Virus record (IMG/VR): IMGVR_UViG_3300032245_001860 | Span: 1 to 64,000 of that record | Length of the DNA stretch: 64,000 nucleotides | Reading direction: 5' to 3' (one strand) | In this document: piece after piece, positions 39,854 to 50,820 of the stretch | Position numbering within the stretch: the stretch's first letter is position 1 | Layout: the number at the start of each line of letters is the position of its first letter | Translations under genes and position numbers: made by a program | Notes under the pieces: generated by a model | What the model was told of the DNA's origin: nothing | The model's input: only the letters and a program-made list of their open reading frames with translations | Database searches by the model: none

Positions 39854-42563
39854 TTATCGCATAGTAGTAGCAAATAAAGATTTATTCATTTCAATCTTTA
39901 GATCTGTTGGTAAAGATTACAACAACTATAAAGAAACAATTAATAACTATAATTCTGTTTTCAAATCTATTGCTGCTTGGATGCTTGCAAGAGACTCCAA
40001 TGAATTTGCAATTAACGATATAGTTAGCCATCTTACCGAATATATAAATCGTAAAAAATTAAACCCTGCTAATATCAAAGTATCTATAGCTAATATTGTA
40101 ATTAATGACAAATCTATTCCTGATTTAGAAGAATTATTCAACTATGTCCATGCCACCTTTCCAATAGTAAAGAAACAAGAAGAACAACCAGCTGAAGAAA
40201 TAATAGAACGTACTCCTATTCTCACTGGCGATGGAATACAGATATTCAAAGTAGATAGGGCTCAAGATAGTAAAGAACTTGCAGCTGATACTTCTTGGTG
40301 CATAGCTTATAAAGGCCCAAATAATATGTGGCAAAGCTATAGGAGTAACCAAGCTGCTACTTTCTTCATTGTATGGGATGAAAATCCACCAACACCTAAT
40401 CAAAGAAAAGTGGCTTTGCAATATAATAAAAATAATGTCCAAATCACTGATATTGTAAACAGAACAGGTTTTAATTTAACTAACGACATTACTTTTGAAT
40501 ATCAAGGACAAACTATTACAGGCAGAGATATACCTACTTATCTTACATATTTGAAAAGTAAGGGAGTGGATATTGATGCCACAACTATTAACCCTGAAAC
40601 TGGCCAAGAAGAAAAAATACTTAAAAACAAACCTATCACTCCTGAAGAAGCAATGGAGACAGAGATTGGCGCATATGTAAGATATAATTCTTCAGATATT
40701 AGTGTTGATAATATTAAAAGTTGGGCTACAGGAGAGTTTACTCTTACCATTCCTCAAGGTTTCATCAACAAAGTCCGTGATGGAGAATATCAAGTTTTTA
40801 CTAAAGATAATTACTCTGGAAGAAGTTTTAAAGTTCCTTATGATTTTGTAACTGAAGAAATACCATTTGATGATCACCCCCGGAACGCTTTACCTTTGCC
40901 ATTAAAATCCGTCACTTTTGAATCAGAAAATATAAAAACATACCTTGCCAAATTCATCGGAATGGGATGGATTATGTCTGATGAAATTGTAGATTATTTG
41001 ATGGAAGTTCCTGGTGGTAAAGATTACTTAATTCAATATGTAAATACTGGCTTACAATTACCTAAAAGTCAAGTTGATAAATTAAGCACTAATAAACAAC
41101 TTTTTAATTCCTATTTGAAACAACAACTGACAGCATTCGAATTAGGGCACAACAATGGAGAGTTTTTACAATATATTGATACTGATAATGAAGAAGTAAA
41201 AAATAAAATTCTTGAAAGATATAAGAAAAATTCATTTATCAATATTCCCTTAAAATGGCTTAAAGTATTACCACAAATAGGTGTTTTTAAGTTTACAGGT
41301 CCTAACTTTGATTTTGGAGATGAATTTATAAATCAATTGGCTATTTCTCATGGTAATACTGACATTTATGAACAATTTCCAACTCTTGAAAATACAAAAA
41401 TTTTACTTCAATTTCCTGAAGCAATTGATAAACTAAAACCAAGAGCTGAAGCAGAAGGATATTCTTCAAATGTATTTAGTGAGATTGATCAATTAAGTGA
41501 TTGGACTGTTAGATGGAAATCCGTGCCAGAAATATTTCACGACAATCCTGAATTTCAAATATATAAATCCGCTGCTTTAGCTGGTCAAAATTCATATGAC
41601 AGAATGGATCTCAAGAAACACGAAGGTAATAATCCAGATGATTTCTTATATTACACAATTCTTTTGATGAATGATGAAATACAACATGAAGAAAAAAATT
41701 CTCCGATAATCAAAAACCCTGAATTTTGGAAATTTGCAATTAATAACTTTGATCATTTGATAGATACAGTATTTAAAAAAATCAAAATATGGCATAGAGA
41801 TTTACCTGATAATTTTGATGAAGATAATGATGACGAAGAAAATTTTGATGAAATAGAAGACAAAGATAAACAAAGGGTAGAACTTGCTGGTTTCTTAAAA
41901 AATATGCCACCTGAAATATTCTTCTCCCCTGAAATGGTTGAATTGATCAAGAGCAAGTTTGACCTTGAAATAATAAACAATGCATTAGTAAACTATTTGC
42001 AAAAAGGTTGGAATCTTGACGCATTTTCAGCATACATAAAAGATTTTGCTGATTTAGCTCAGTTTTCTAATTATGGATTTATATTTTTTACTCATCCAAA
42101 TAATTTAATTAAAACATTAGTGAGAGATCATTACGATGAACAAAAATTCTTATATGCTTTGAGTAATTTAGCTGGCTTTAAATCAAGTGTTTTTGTAGAA
42201 CTTACTAAATGGCTTCCAGAATTATTTCTAAAAGTATCTGATGAAGCAATATTGAAAATGCTTACCAATATTCGTGGCACAATACCAAGAGAATTTTTAG
42301 ATCATATCTTAGAATATAAACCAGATTTCATAAAAAAATATTCTGATCGATTAATACCTAAAATGCATTCACAAGATGTATGGTATTATCTTACTGAAGA
42401 ATTGAGAAAACAACAAGAAGAAGCAGATAAAACAATTGAAGAAGAAGATAAGTTTGCTTCTGTAAAAATTATGGTGAAAGTGGCACAAAAGCTTGATATT
42501 AAAAAGAAATATGAGTTAGCAGATAAACTAACTCATATTCTAAAGGTAAAAACCTCTCAATAG
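39846..42563 (+). CDS. Large paralogous protein 3
   Basis: ADTSWCIAYKGPNNMW..Y; C-terminal MVKVAQKLDIKKKYELADKLT. Confidence 0.8.
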   Translation: MFNYRIVVANKDLFISIFRSVGKDYNNYKETINNYNSVFKSIAAWMLARDSNEFAINDIVSHLTEYINRKKLNPANIKVSIANIVINDKSIPDLEELFNYVHATFPIVKKQEEQPAEEIIERTPILTGDGIQIFKVDRAQDSKELAADTSWCIAYKGPNNMWQSYRSNQAATFFIVWDENPPTPNQRKVALQYNKNNVQITDIVNRTGFNLTNDITFEYQGQTITGRDIPTYLTYLKSKGVDIDATTINPETGQEEKILKNKPITPEEAMETEIGAYVRYNSSDISVDNIKSWATGEFTLTIPQGFINKVRDGEYQVFTKDNYSGRSFKVPYDFVTEEIPFDDHPRNALPLPLKSVTFESENIKTYLAKFIGMGWIMSDEIVDYLMEVPGGKDYLIQYVNTGLQLPKSQVDKLSTNKQLFNSYLKQQLTAFELGHNNGEFLQYIDTDNEEVKNKILERYKKNSFINIPLKWLKVLPQIGVFKFTGPNFDFGDEFINQLAISHGNTDIYEQFPTLENTKILLQFPEAIDKLKPRAEAEGYSSNVFSEIDQLSDWTVRWKSVPEIFHDNPEFQIYKSAALAGQNSYDRMDLKKHEGNNPDDFLYYTILLMNDEIQHEEKNSPIIKNPEFWKFAINNFDHLIDTVFKKIKIWHRDLPDNFDEDNDDEENFDEIEDKDKQRVELAGFLKNMPPEIFFSPEMVELIKSKFDLEIINNALVNYLQKGWNLDAFSAYIKDFADLAQFSNYGFIFFTHPNNLIKTLVRDHYDEQKFLYALSNLAGFKSSVFVELTKWLPELFLKVSDEAILKMLTNIRGTIPREFLDHILEYKPDFIKKYSDRLIPKMHSQDVWYYLTEELRKQQEEADKTIEEEDKFASVKIMVKVAQKLDIKKKYELADKLTHILKVKTSQ

Positions 42564-42575
42564 AGAGGTTTTTTA

Positions 42576-42938
42576 TTATCGAAGTGGTTTTACTTGTTCT
42601 ACGTTTTTAGCAACAGTAGAAGCCCATTTTTCAGCTAATTTTTGAGCTGAAGAATTGTGAACCTTTGCATCAGATTTAGTAACAGATACTAAAACCTTGT
42701 CACCTACCAATACACACCATGTATTGTTCACCTTCTTGACATTTACATCAGAAGCTTTTACATCTGCATTCAAGCAAAGAGCATTGAAACGATCATAGAG
42801 ATCATCTAATCTTTTGCCATCATCTACAACAGAAAGATATCTTACACCACTAAATGAAAGTGATCTAACATATTTCACTGAACTTCCCATTGTATTTAGA
42901 CTGCATACAGCCAATAAACCAATCATTAGAGTTTTCAT
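42576..42938 (-). CDS. Secreted small protein
   Basis: Signal-peptide-like N-terminus; LVSVT..DA......LA.KW motif. Confidence 0.6.
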   Translation of the reverse strand: MKTLMIGLLAVCSLNTMGSSVKYVRSLSFSGVRYLSVVDDGKRLDDLYDRFNALCLNADVKASDVNVKKVNNTWCVLVGDKVLVSVTKSDAKVHNSSAQKLAEKWASTVAKNVEQVKPLR

Positions 42939-42975
42939 ATTTTTATTTTACCTCTTATATTTTTATTTGCAAATT

Positions 42976-43938
42976 TTAATCAATATTTTCAGCTACAAGT
43001 TCAGCTCTATTTGTCCAGCCTTTTCCATATATATCTGCTTGTTCATCAGATTTATACCTATGGATCTGTGCATCAAGAATTTGCTTCGTAAATGTTTTAT
43101 CATCTTTTTTGCATTTTGACCAGATAGCAGCAAGAGTTTTAGGACCCATAAAACCAGTTTGTTCAATATTTAATAATCTTTGAACAAATCTAATTGAATC
43201 TTGTGGGCCATCAGTTAAAGCCATTGACATCATAGCTTTAGCAACATTATGAGGAAGTTGATCACCTTTTATCACTCCCCAAAATAATTTTCTATAAATT
43301 TTCAATGCTCTTGTCTTTGATATCTTAAAGACATCAGAAGACTTGATTTTGTTCTGTTTTGCCCAATCATTATATGTTCTTTGGGTGATGCCAAAATTAG
43401 TTCTACCGCCTCTATCTGATTTTTCATCAGTTTTTCCACCTTCAAGATTTAACATCAACTTCATTGTTTCGTCAAAATTGCCTTTAGGTAACTGTGAAGC
43501 TTTGAATGGTTCAGGTTTTTTTACTTCTTGCTCTTTTACAGGTTCAAATTTAGGTCTTGGAGCAGGTTGAACTCTTCTGCGTAATCTTTTTTGAACAGGT
43601 TTTTCTACTGGGGTTTCAATTTGTTTTGGAGCTGGTTTTGCTTGTGGCTTGACATATGTATCTTCAACAAATTCAGAATCTTCCCCATATTGATCCATGA
43701 AAGCTTGTTGGTCCATCATTCTTTGTTCAGCAGCAGGAGGTTTAGTTGGTAAAGGACTGACAACATTCCCTAAAGTTCCAATACCAACTGCTAATGGAAG
43801 TGCTTTTAAGAAATCAACAGGTCTGAAAGTTTTTTCGCCAGCTAATTTTATAAGTTGATCAAGATTGTCTGCTGTTTGAAAATCTCCAATATCATCGTAG
43901 ATTCTTGCAGCAATTCTTATATTATTTACAGAGGTCAT
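42976..43938 (-). CDS. Glycoside hydrolase family 108 lysozyme with N-terminal tag and hydrophobic segment
   Basis: LEGG..D..SDRGGRTNFGITQ; C-terminal peptidoglycan-binding G.MGPKTL and YGKGWTNR. Confidence 0.88.
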   Translation of the reverse strand: MTSVNNIRIAARIYDDIGDFQTADNLDQLIKLAGEKTFRPVDFLKALPLAVGIGTLGNVVSPLPTKPPAAEQRMMDQQAFMDQYGEDSEFVEDTYVKPQAKPAPKQIETPVEKPVQKRLRRRVQPAPRPKFEPVKEQEVKKPEPFKASQLPKGNFDETMKLMLNLEGGKTDEKSDRGGRTNFGITQRTYNDWAKQNKIKSSDVFKISKTRALKIYRKLFWGVIKGDQLPHNVAKAMMSMALTDGPQDSIRFVQRLLNIEQTGFMGPKTLAAIWSKCKKDDKTFTKQILDAQIHRYKSDEQADIYGKGWTNRAELVAENID

Positions 43939-44134
43939 AAAGTAATTTTACTTTTATGAGCCTTACTTACCTCTTGATCCGCTTCTTCTGATTTGTGGCT
44001 TTAAGGCATTTGAATTAGCTTTTTGATTATTGTTTGTATTTAAGGGTAAAGCTTTTTCATTAACATTATTTTGAAATTTAGCCAAGAGTTTTTCTTGCTC
44101 TGGTGATAATAAAGATTTGCGATTCGCCATTGAA

Positions 44135-45868
44135 TTAGTTTCCTTTTTTATAGTTTTTATTATTATACACACCTGCATAGGCCCAATTTTCATCTTTATC
44201 AGTCATTGGCCTTTCAGTGAGCTTGTCTATTGTTTGATTGTTATTTTCTTCTATTTCGTGTTTAGGAGCAAATAATCTTAATTGTGATCTGTTATTTTCT
44301 ATTTGTTTTTCATGAAGATCAAGAAGTGGTTGTGTTTTTAAGAACGGGATTATTTCATCATCACTGTAGAAATTTTTTCTATATCCACTTGGTATTCTAA
44401 AATCATTGCCTGTCTTTTCTTTATATTGAAATGCAAATTTACTTTTCTCAAAGAAATTTTCTATTTTATTTGCCACTAAAAAATAAAGATATTCAGGTTG
44501 TTTTTGATACCAAGACATGAATGGTTCTTTTGATTCTGAATCTTTATATTTTTCTTTTGCTTCTTCAAACTTTTTTGTAGCTGTTTCAAGTACACCATTG
44601 ACATCTAAATATCTTTCAAAATTGTGTGTAGTAAATGATTTTTTTAATGCTAATTCTGCTTTGTGTTCTAATGCAGTGTAGAAAGTGTTAGCGTAATCAT
44701 CAAGAGGATAATCTTCTATTGTATATGCTTCATTATCCCAATTAAATGCACTACCTGATCTTTGTAATCCATCATGCATTTCACTAATTGCAGCATCTAT
44801 AATATCTGGAATATGTGAGCCATAAAGATTTGATTCAGCGAATTGTTCATGATTCCAAACAGGAGATATAATTCCAAATCTGTTAAAATCTTCTGTTACA
44901 TCATCATCAATAGCATCATATTCTGATTCATCTGGGCCATAAATAGATTCTGTTATAGCGTATCCAATTTGATCAGGTTCATATGTCCAATAAATTCTTT
45001 CTTGCCAATCTTCAAAATGATCAGCTACAGGATTTATATTAGATTGTTTTTTGATATCTTCTCTGTCGTCAAAAAATTCTCTAATTTTTTCCACTAAATC
45101 ATCATCTTCAACTTTAGCATTATTTGGGCCCTTGATTTGAATTACTTTATCACCTTGTATTTCAATTGTTGCTTTAGGTTGATTTTGTGGATCTCTTAAG
45201 GAATAGATTCTTGAATGTCCTCTTCTCACTGCATCCCAATATCCAGCAACACAGTGATGCATTTTTGCACCTTCAACATCAAGATCATTTTCTGATTTGA
45301 CATTTACCATATTCCAACCATCAGGATATGCCATTACTACTTCTCGGTCAGCTGGATTGTAAAATTTACCTCCACCTTTACCTATAAGTATTTGCTCCCA
45401 TTCATCTGTGTCTTCAACCACTTGTTCCCAGGACTTCAATCCAAGATTATAATCAGGGTCATTTGTTTCAATATTGTTGACAAAATCTTGCATATGGAGA
45501 GCTTGTTCTAAAAAATTAGCATGCTCACCATTCATACCACCTGAAGGAATATTATGATCATATTCACCATTAGGTTTTTGAGGTTGTATTCTCCAGCCTT
45601 TTAATTTATGAAATAACCAGTTTTTAAATCTTTCATTTGTGAAGTTGTCTAATATGAATTTTTCTTCTCTTGTTGGTCTATTTTGACTTGAAAGATTTTC
45701 TAATTCTTGCAATGTGATATTTGGATTTTGTTTGATTGCGCCTAACATTTTACCTTTGGCAGCATTATCAAATTTGGGGTCAGAAAAAACAGCTAAAATA
45801 GATTCATTTATGCCTTGAGTTCTAAGCTTTTCTACTTCATCTTGTAAACTTGCAAATCTGTACCACAT
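44135..45868 (-). CDS. PcfJ-like domain protein with MWYR N-terminus
   Basis: LDVEGAKMHHCVAGY...IYSLRD..QPKATIEI...QIKGPNN. Confidence 0.78.
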   Translation of the reverse strand: MWYRFASLQDEVEKLRTQGINESILAVFSDPKFDNAAKGKMLGAIKQNPNITLQELENLSSQNRPTREEKFILDNFTNERFKNWLFHKLKGWRIQPQKPNGEYDHNIPSGGMNGEHANFLEQALHMQDFVNNIETNDPDYNLGLKSWEQVVEDTDEWEQILIGKGGGKFYNPADREVVMAYPDGWNMVNVKSENDLDVEGAKMHHCVAGYWDAVRRGHSRIYSLRDPQNQPKATIEIQGDKVIQIKGPNNAKVEDDDLVEKIREFFDDREDIKKQSNINPVADHFEDWQERIYWTYEPDQIGYAITESIYGPDESEYDAIDDDVTEDFNRFGIISPVWNHEQFAESNLYGSHIPDIIDAAISEMHDGLQRSGSAFNWDNEAYTIEDYPLDDYANTFYTALEHKAELALKKSFTTHNFERYLDVNGVLETATKKFEEAKEKYKDSESKEPFMSWYQKQPEYLYFLVANKIENFFEKSKFAFQYKEKTGNDFRIPSGYRKNFYSDDEIIPFLKTQPLLDLHEKQIENNRSQLRLFAPKHEIEENNNQTIDKLTERPMTDKDENWAYAGVYNNKNYKKGN

Positions 45869-45871
45869 AGT

Positions 45872-47680
45872 TTAAGCCTTGTTCGCCAATCTAAATCTTT
45901 TATTATTGAATGAATATCTCCACTCATTCACGCCTTCAGTAAATAATTTTTGCTGTTGTCTTCTACTTAAGAAATCTTGGTAATAATCTTCTGTTCCTCT
46001 ATACAATGCTTCACTTGGAGTAACTGGTGAAACATCTAAATTAATAGATAGTTTATTTGCAATATCATAAAACTCTTTTGGCATATTGTTTCTTATATAG
46101 GTATACAAAGCTCTATAAAAATAAACAGGATAAACATCATAAATATTTTCATATTCTTTGAGTTGATGATAACCTCTTGAATCTGGCCTCTCATATGGTT
46201 GATTTGCTAATTCATTTATTTCATCATCACTCATATTTTCAAGATTTAATTTGACAGGTTTGTTTCCAGGATTAAATTCTTCACTTACTGCTGCTTCTTT
46301 ATAATCTCTAATTTTTTCTAATTCTTCTGAGAGAGCTTCTTTGTATTTATGTCTTATATCATCTATATTAAGACCGCTTATTATAATTTCTCTGTTTGTT
46401 CCTAAAGTACCAACTTGAGATGCATAGTCCTTAATTTTTTCTAAATCTTTACGAATATACATATCGCCAAGTAAAGAAATTAATTCATCAAATCTATCAT
46501 CATCAGGTATTTCTTGATAAGTTTTATAATAACCAGCATTATCTACCCCGACTTGACTGATTAAATATTCAACTGGCAAGTCTCTGTAAAGGTCATCATA
46601 ATCTCTTTCAATTGGCCTGTAACGAACACCCAATTCGTCAGTCATTGTTTCATCATTTTCAGGATTTAAATAATCTGCAATTGCATACAAAGCATCTTGT
46701 TCAGACATATTCTGATTCAGGTTCAGGTCTTCATTGAGATCATGTTTAGAATAAAAATTATTTTGTTCAATCCAGTAAAGAGCTAATTTTTTATACTCTG
46801 GTTTGGGTGGTTTATTGCCTTTGCCTTGAATTTGCTTTACTTTGTCAGGCAATCCTATTTCTATAGTAACATGTGGTTTGTTTGATTCATCTCTTAAAGA
46901 ATAAGTGTCGCTAATGCCTTGTTCATATAAGCCATGGTAATTATTTGTGCCTGTACAGTGACCCATATTTTGACCTTCAGCATCAAAATCTCTTTCTTGG
47001 GTAAGTTTGACCATCATCCAATCATTGTATTCTTCAGGTAATCCTAAAGATTTAACTGTCTGTGCATCAAAAATCATTACTACATTTGGGTCAACTATTT
47101 TGCCATTTTCTTTCTTGATTTTAGAATATGTTGCACCTGGTTCTTGATTACTTAATTCTTCATGCCATATTTCACTGGCTCTACTTGCTTGATCTAAATT
47201 CATAGAAAAAATATTGAATCTTGGGTTTTCACTTACATATTCAACATACCAATCTAAAATATGATAAAGCTCATTTGTAACACCGATAATTGGTCCTATA
47301 GCAATATGTGAAAATTTAGGATAACTGAATTTTTCTGGGTCATGTTGATTTGGTCTGTAAGAAGGTAAAGCTACTCTTTCAACCCATTTATAAAAATTAG
47401 CTTTTTGTTCTTCGGAAATATTCATTCCTGATAATCTTGTGTCTAAATCTGCTAATAATCTTAATTCGTCATTAGATACTTTTTGTAATTGATTAGTTTG
47501 GAATTTGCCTTGTAATTCATCCCAAGGCATAAGAGGATTTTGCATCAAGGCTCCAATATATTTACCTCTTAATGGTATATCGGTCATTGCTTGTAGGTTA
47601 TCAATTGTGTCATCGCTTACACCTTTAGATTTAAGTGTTTCAAAAGCTCGTTCTACGTTTTGTGCAAGTCTATACCACAT
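45872..47680 (-). CDS. PcfJ-like domain protein (paralogue) with MWYR N-terminus
   Basis: EGQNMGHCTG...YSLRDESNKPHVTIEI...QIQGKGN. Confidence 0.78.
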   Translation of the reverse strand: MWYRLAQNVERAFETLKSKGVSDDTIDNLQAMTDIPLRGKYIGALMQNPLMPWDELQGKFQTNQLQKVSNDELRLLADLDTRLSGMNISEEQKANFYKWVERVALPSYRPNQHDPEKFSYPKFSHIAIGPIIGVTNELYHILDWYVEYVSENPRFNIFSMNLDQASRASEIWHEELSNQEPGATYSKIKKENGKIVDPNVVMIFDAQTVKSLGLPEEYNDWMMVKLTQERDFDAEGQNMGHCTGTNNYHGLYEQGISDTYSLRDESNKPHVTIEIGLPDKVKQIQGKGNKPPKPEYKKLALYWIEQNNFYSKHDLNEDLNLNQNMSEQDALYAIADYLNPENDETMTDELGVRYRPIERDYDDLYRDLPVEYLISQVGVDNAGYYKTYQEIPDDDRFDELISLLGDMYIRKDLEKIKDYASQVGTLGTNREIIISGLNIDDIRHKYKEALSEELEKIRDYKEAAVSEEFNPGNKPVKLNLENMSDDEINELANQPYERPDSRGYHQLKEYENIYDVYPVYFYRALYTYIRNNMPKEFYDIANKLSINLDVSPVTPSEALYRGTEDYYQDFLSRRQQQKLFTEGVNEWRYSFNNKRFRLANKA

Positions 47681-47797
47681 GTGTCTTATTCCTCAATATA
47701 CAAATTATTATAAGAATTTAGCTTACGAACCTGTAATTAATCAATTTTTCATTTTTGGTGCGTATAATAGAGTACTTGTGAAAGGAAAAATAAAAAA

Positions 47798-48097
47798 ATG
47801 AACAAGATTTTAGTTTCTATTGCAGCTTTTATGGTTGTACTTGGTGTAGTATTCGCTCAAAGTCCTGGTGGATTTCAAGATCCACAAGAGGCACCACGTC
47901 CAGGTCAAGTTCCAACATTTGGTGGTGGACGAAATGGTGGAAATGGTGGTGGTGTAGTTGTTACAGCAAATGAAAAGTATCTTTTTGTTGTTACAGGTGG
48001 CACTATCTATAAGTATGATGTTGATAGCATGATCCTAAAGGGTAGAACAGAGGTGCCATCTAACCAAAATCGTAGACCTGAAAGACCAAATAACTAA
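47798..48097 (+). CDS. Secreted Gly-rich small protein
   Basis: Signal peptide ending VFA-Q. Confidence 0.65.
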   Translation: MNKILVSIAAFMVVLGVVFAQSPGGFQDPQEAPRPGQVPTFGGGRNGGNGGGVVVTANEKYLFVVTGGTIYKYDVDSMILKGRTEVPSNQNRRPERPNN

Positions 48098-48216
48098 ACA
48101 AATAAAGAGTGGAAAAATCTTCCACTCTTTATTATTTAACATTCACTTAACATAACTTGTTAATAAATACATAATAATAATTGTGTTTGCAGACTTTTCT
48201 TTCAAAGGTTTATAAA

Positions 48217-49116
48217 ATGAAAAAAGCTTTTACCTTAATTGAACTTCTCGTAGTTATTGCCATCATTGCTATTTTGGCTGCTATTCTCTTCCCTGTCTTC
48301 GCTCAGGCTCGTGATAAGGCTCGTGGTGCTTCTTGTCTTTCCAACCTTAAGCAAATCGGAACATCCACCATGATGTATGTTCAAGATTACGATGAGAGCT
48401 ATTATCCTCACCGCTTCAACTGCCGTGATGCATCTGGTGCTTTCCAAGTTTGCCCTCAATATGTTGGCGATCCTGCTGCTGCAGCCTATGATTCTAACTC
48501 TTCAATGCGTTATTATTGGGTTTACTTGCTTCAACCATATGTAAAGAACTACCAACTGTTTAAGTGTCCAAGTAATCCAACAGCATTTGTCCCTGGCGAC
48601 AAGGCGAAGGTTAACTTCAACGCTCCAGGTGCCCTCGGAACAAACTATGGTGGACAGAACTCATATGGTCACAATGATGCTTGGATGAGCCCTGCAGGTG
48701 CTTTCGCTGATGCAAGTGGCAACCCAGCAACTGTTGCTGGTGCAAGTGTTTCCCGTCCAGCTGGTGTTATTCTTGTCACTGATGCATCTTATTATGGTGT
48801 TGTTCCTGACATTATGAACGAATCAGGTCTCCTTGAAACCAACAAGTTTACAGCTGATGAACTTGCTGCAATCCAAAACTATGTCAATGGTCAAGGTTCT
48901 CAATACAAGTCTTACTGGAAAAACCTTGGTAATGGGGGCTGGAGTGCAAATGGCGGAACTGTAACTGCTGCTACTGCTCTTTCAAGAATGTCTGGTCGTC
49001 ACACTGGTGTCTTGAATGCAATCTTTGTTGATGGACATGCTAAGGCTGTTCAATATAAGAAGGCTGTTGGTGACCTTTGTCTGTGGACTACTGCCGAGTA
49101 TGCTGGCTGTAACTAA
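48217..49116 (+). CDS. Prepilin-type N-methylation / DUF1559 protein with H-X9-DG motif
   Basis: [41 protein letters not shown]...MYVQDYDE; [16 protein letters not shown]. Confidence 0.92.
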   Translation: MKKAFTLIELLVVIAIIAILAAILFPVFAQARDKARGASCLSNLKQIGTSTMMYVQDYDESYYPHRFNCRDASGAFQVCPQYVGDPAAAAYDSNSSMRYYWVYLLQPYVKNYQLFKCPSNPTAFVPGDKAKVNFNAPGALGTNYGGQNSYGHNDAWMSPAGAFADASGNPATVAGASVSRPAGVILVTDASYYGVVPDIMNESGLLETNKFTADELAAIQNYVNGQGSQYKSYWKNLGNGGWSANGGTVTAATALSRMSGRHTGVLNAIFVDGHAKAVQYKKAVGDLCLWTTAEYAGCN

Positions 49117-49177
49117 TCTTTAGTTACTCAAAAAAGAGAGGAGAAATCCTCTCTTTTTTTATTAGTATAAAAAGAAT

Positions 49178-49903
49178 ATGGAAAAATTAAGAGGTTTGTT
49201 AATTTTAAGAGGAACAAGTTTTCGGCATAAGAATACAACAGGTCATTGGAAATCAGTATATCAACAAATTGCCTGTACACTGAGCCATCTTAAGTTAGTC
49301 AAAACTACAATAAAAAAATATGGCTGTAATTTTGATATTGCATTAGATACATTAAGCACACCTTACGATCTAATTATATTATTTATCTTGAGAAAGTATT
49401 TAGTTTACAGAAACATCATGTCCTGGCCTGATTACAGTCAGATAGATGGAATATTGAGATTTTTCTGTCAAATAGAATCAAAACTGTTTGAATATGATTT
49501 TATTTTAATTGCTCGAAACGATATTATTTTATTTGATGAATTTATTAATAAATTTAATCCTAATGATGATAAAATTAAGTTTCCTTTCATTCATTCTTAC
49601 AGAACAAGAAGAGTTTATGGAACAAGTGAGTTTCCTATAGTTGGAGATGCTTTCATGTATTTTCCAAAAAAATATTTCTTCACATTAGCTATAATCAACA
49701 TAATTGCTTCTGGATTTCACATGCATGATATTGTTCACTTGATGAAAGAAGCAAACTTTGATTTTGAATTTGATGTATATTGTAATACCTATCATGATAC
49801 AAACTCAGAACTTGAATGGAATCCTTTATATAAGATGAGTGGCAGACCTCAATCTAAAGTAATTGGCTCTGATTTAAATTTGAAATATCCAGAAGATTTT
49901 TAA
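49178..49903 (+). CDS. Uncharacterised protein, possible glycosyltransferase-like; paralogue of 57473 and 58228
   Basis: GL.I.RG.SFR, RND and HDTN..WNPLYK..RP...NLKYPEDF motifs. Confidence 0.6.
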   Translation: MEKLRGLLILRGTSFRHKNTTGHWKSVYQQIACTLSHLKLVKTTIKKYGCNFDIALDTLSTPYDLIILFILRKYLVYRNIMSWPDYSQIDGILRFFCQIESKLFEYDFILIARNDIILFDEFINKFNPNDDKIKFPFIHSYRTRRVYGTSEFPIVGDAFMYFPKKYFFTLAIINIIASGFHMHDIVHLMKEANFDFEFDVYCNTYHDTNSELEWNPLYKMSGRPQSKVIGSDLNLKYPEDF

Positions 49904-49962
49904 TCCAATATGTCAAAAAAACGATAAGATTATCCTATTTTTTTATTGGTATAATATGCAAA

Positions 49963-50820
49963 ATGAGTAACATAAAACTTGGATTGTCAGGATGCAAAAT
50001 TGAGTTGCTATCAAAAAATATAATAAGAAAGCACTCCAAGGATTTATCTTACAATGCAAGATTAGTTTCTCAAGCAAATAAACAAAAATATTTTAATAGC
50101 TTATATATACCAAACATAAGTTCGCCTCAAGTTTATTCTATAAATCAAAATAATTTATATTATTTTGATATGGAATATTGTACTGGTAAGAACTATTTTC
50201 AATTTTTAGACAATTGTTCAATTAAAGACTCTCAGGATATTTTATGTACACTTTTTCGATATTTTGACTTTATAATAAATAACTCTCAACCGCTTGAATA
50301 TAACTACGTTAAGGATAAAATTATCCAAAAACTGCAATCTTTAGCCTCAAAAAGTGAGTATTCAAAAATTATAAATTGTATTATTGAGACGTATGATGAG
50401 TTAGGCATTAATAATGTAAGAAGTTCTTTTTGCCATGGAGATTTGACTTTTAGCAACATTTTATTTTCTAAAGGCCACATCTACTTTATAGATTTTTTGG
50501 ACTCTTTTATTGATTCTTATTATATTGATTTTGCAAAAGTAAAACAAGATATTTATTATCACTGGGCTATCAATATCAATCATGATGAATCTTTGAGAAT
50601 TTTGCAAAACTTTTCTTTCTTTTGGTATAATATATGTGAAAGATACAGTGAAATTATATCTTCAGAAACATTTGATTTATTTGATTTCTTAAACCTAATT
50701 AGAATAGAGCCCTACGCAAATGAAACACATCGTGAAATCTTGAGACACTGTATAAGAAAACACAAGTATTATGTCAACTTTAATAGTACCAATGGCAGGT
50801 CAGTCATCCAGATTTCCTAA
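49963..50820 (+). CDS. Phosphotransferase (APH/choline-kinase-like) of sugar cluster
   Basis: GLSG, FDMEY, CHGDLTFSNILF and YFIDF motifs. Confidence 0.8.
   Translation: MSNIKLGLSGCKIELLSKNIIRKHSKDLSYNARLVSQANKQKYFNSLYIPNISSPQVYSINQNNLYYFDMEYCTGKNYFQFLDNCSIKDSQDILCTLFRYFDFIINNSQPLEYNYVKDKIIQKLQSLASKSEYSKIINCIIETYDELGINNVRSSFCHGDLTFSNILFSKGHIYFIDFLDSFIDSYYIDFAKVKQDIYYHWAININHDESLRILQNFSFFWYNICERYSEIISSETFDLFDFLNLIRIEPYANETHREILRHCIRKHKYYVNFNSTNGRSVIQIS

Noticed and set aside
34141-42563. Diversity-generating retroelement or intein in the paralogues
   Set aside because: No reverse transcriptase, no adenine-specific TR/VR pair and no intein termini seen
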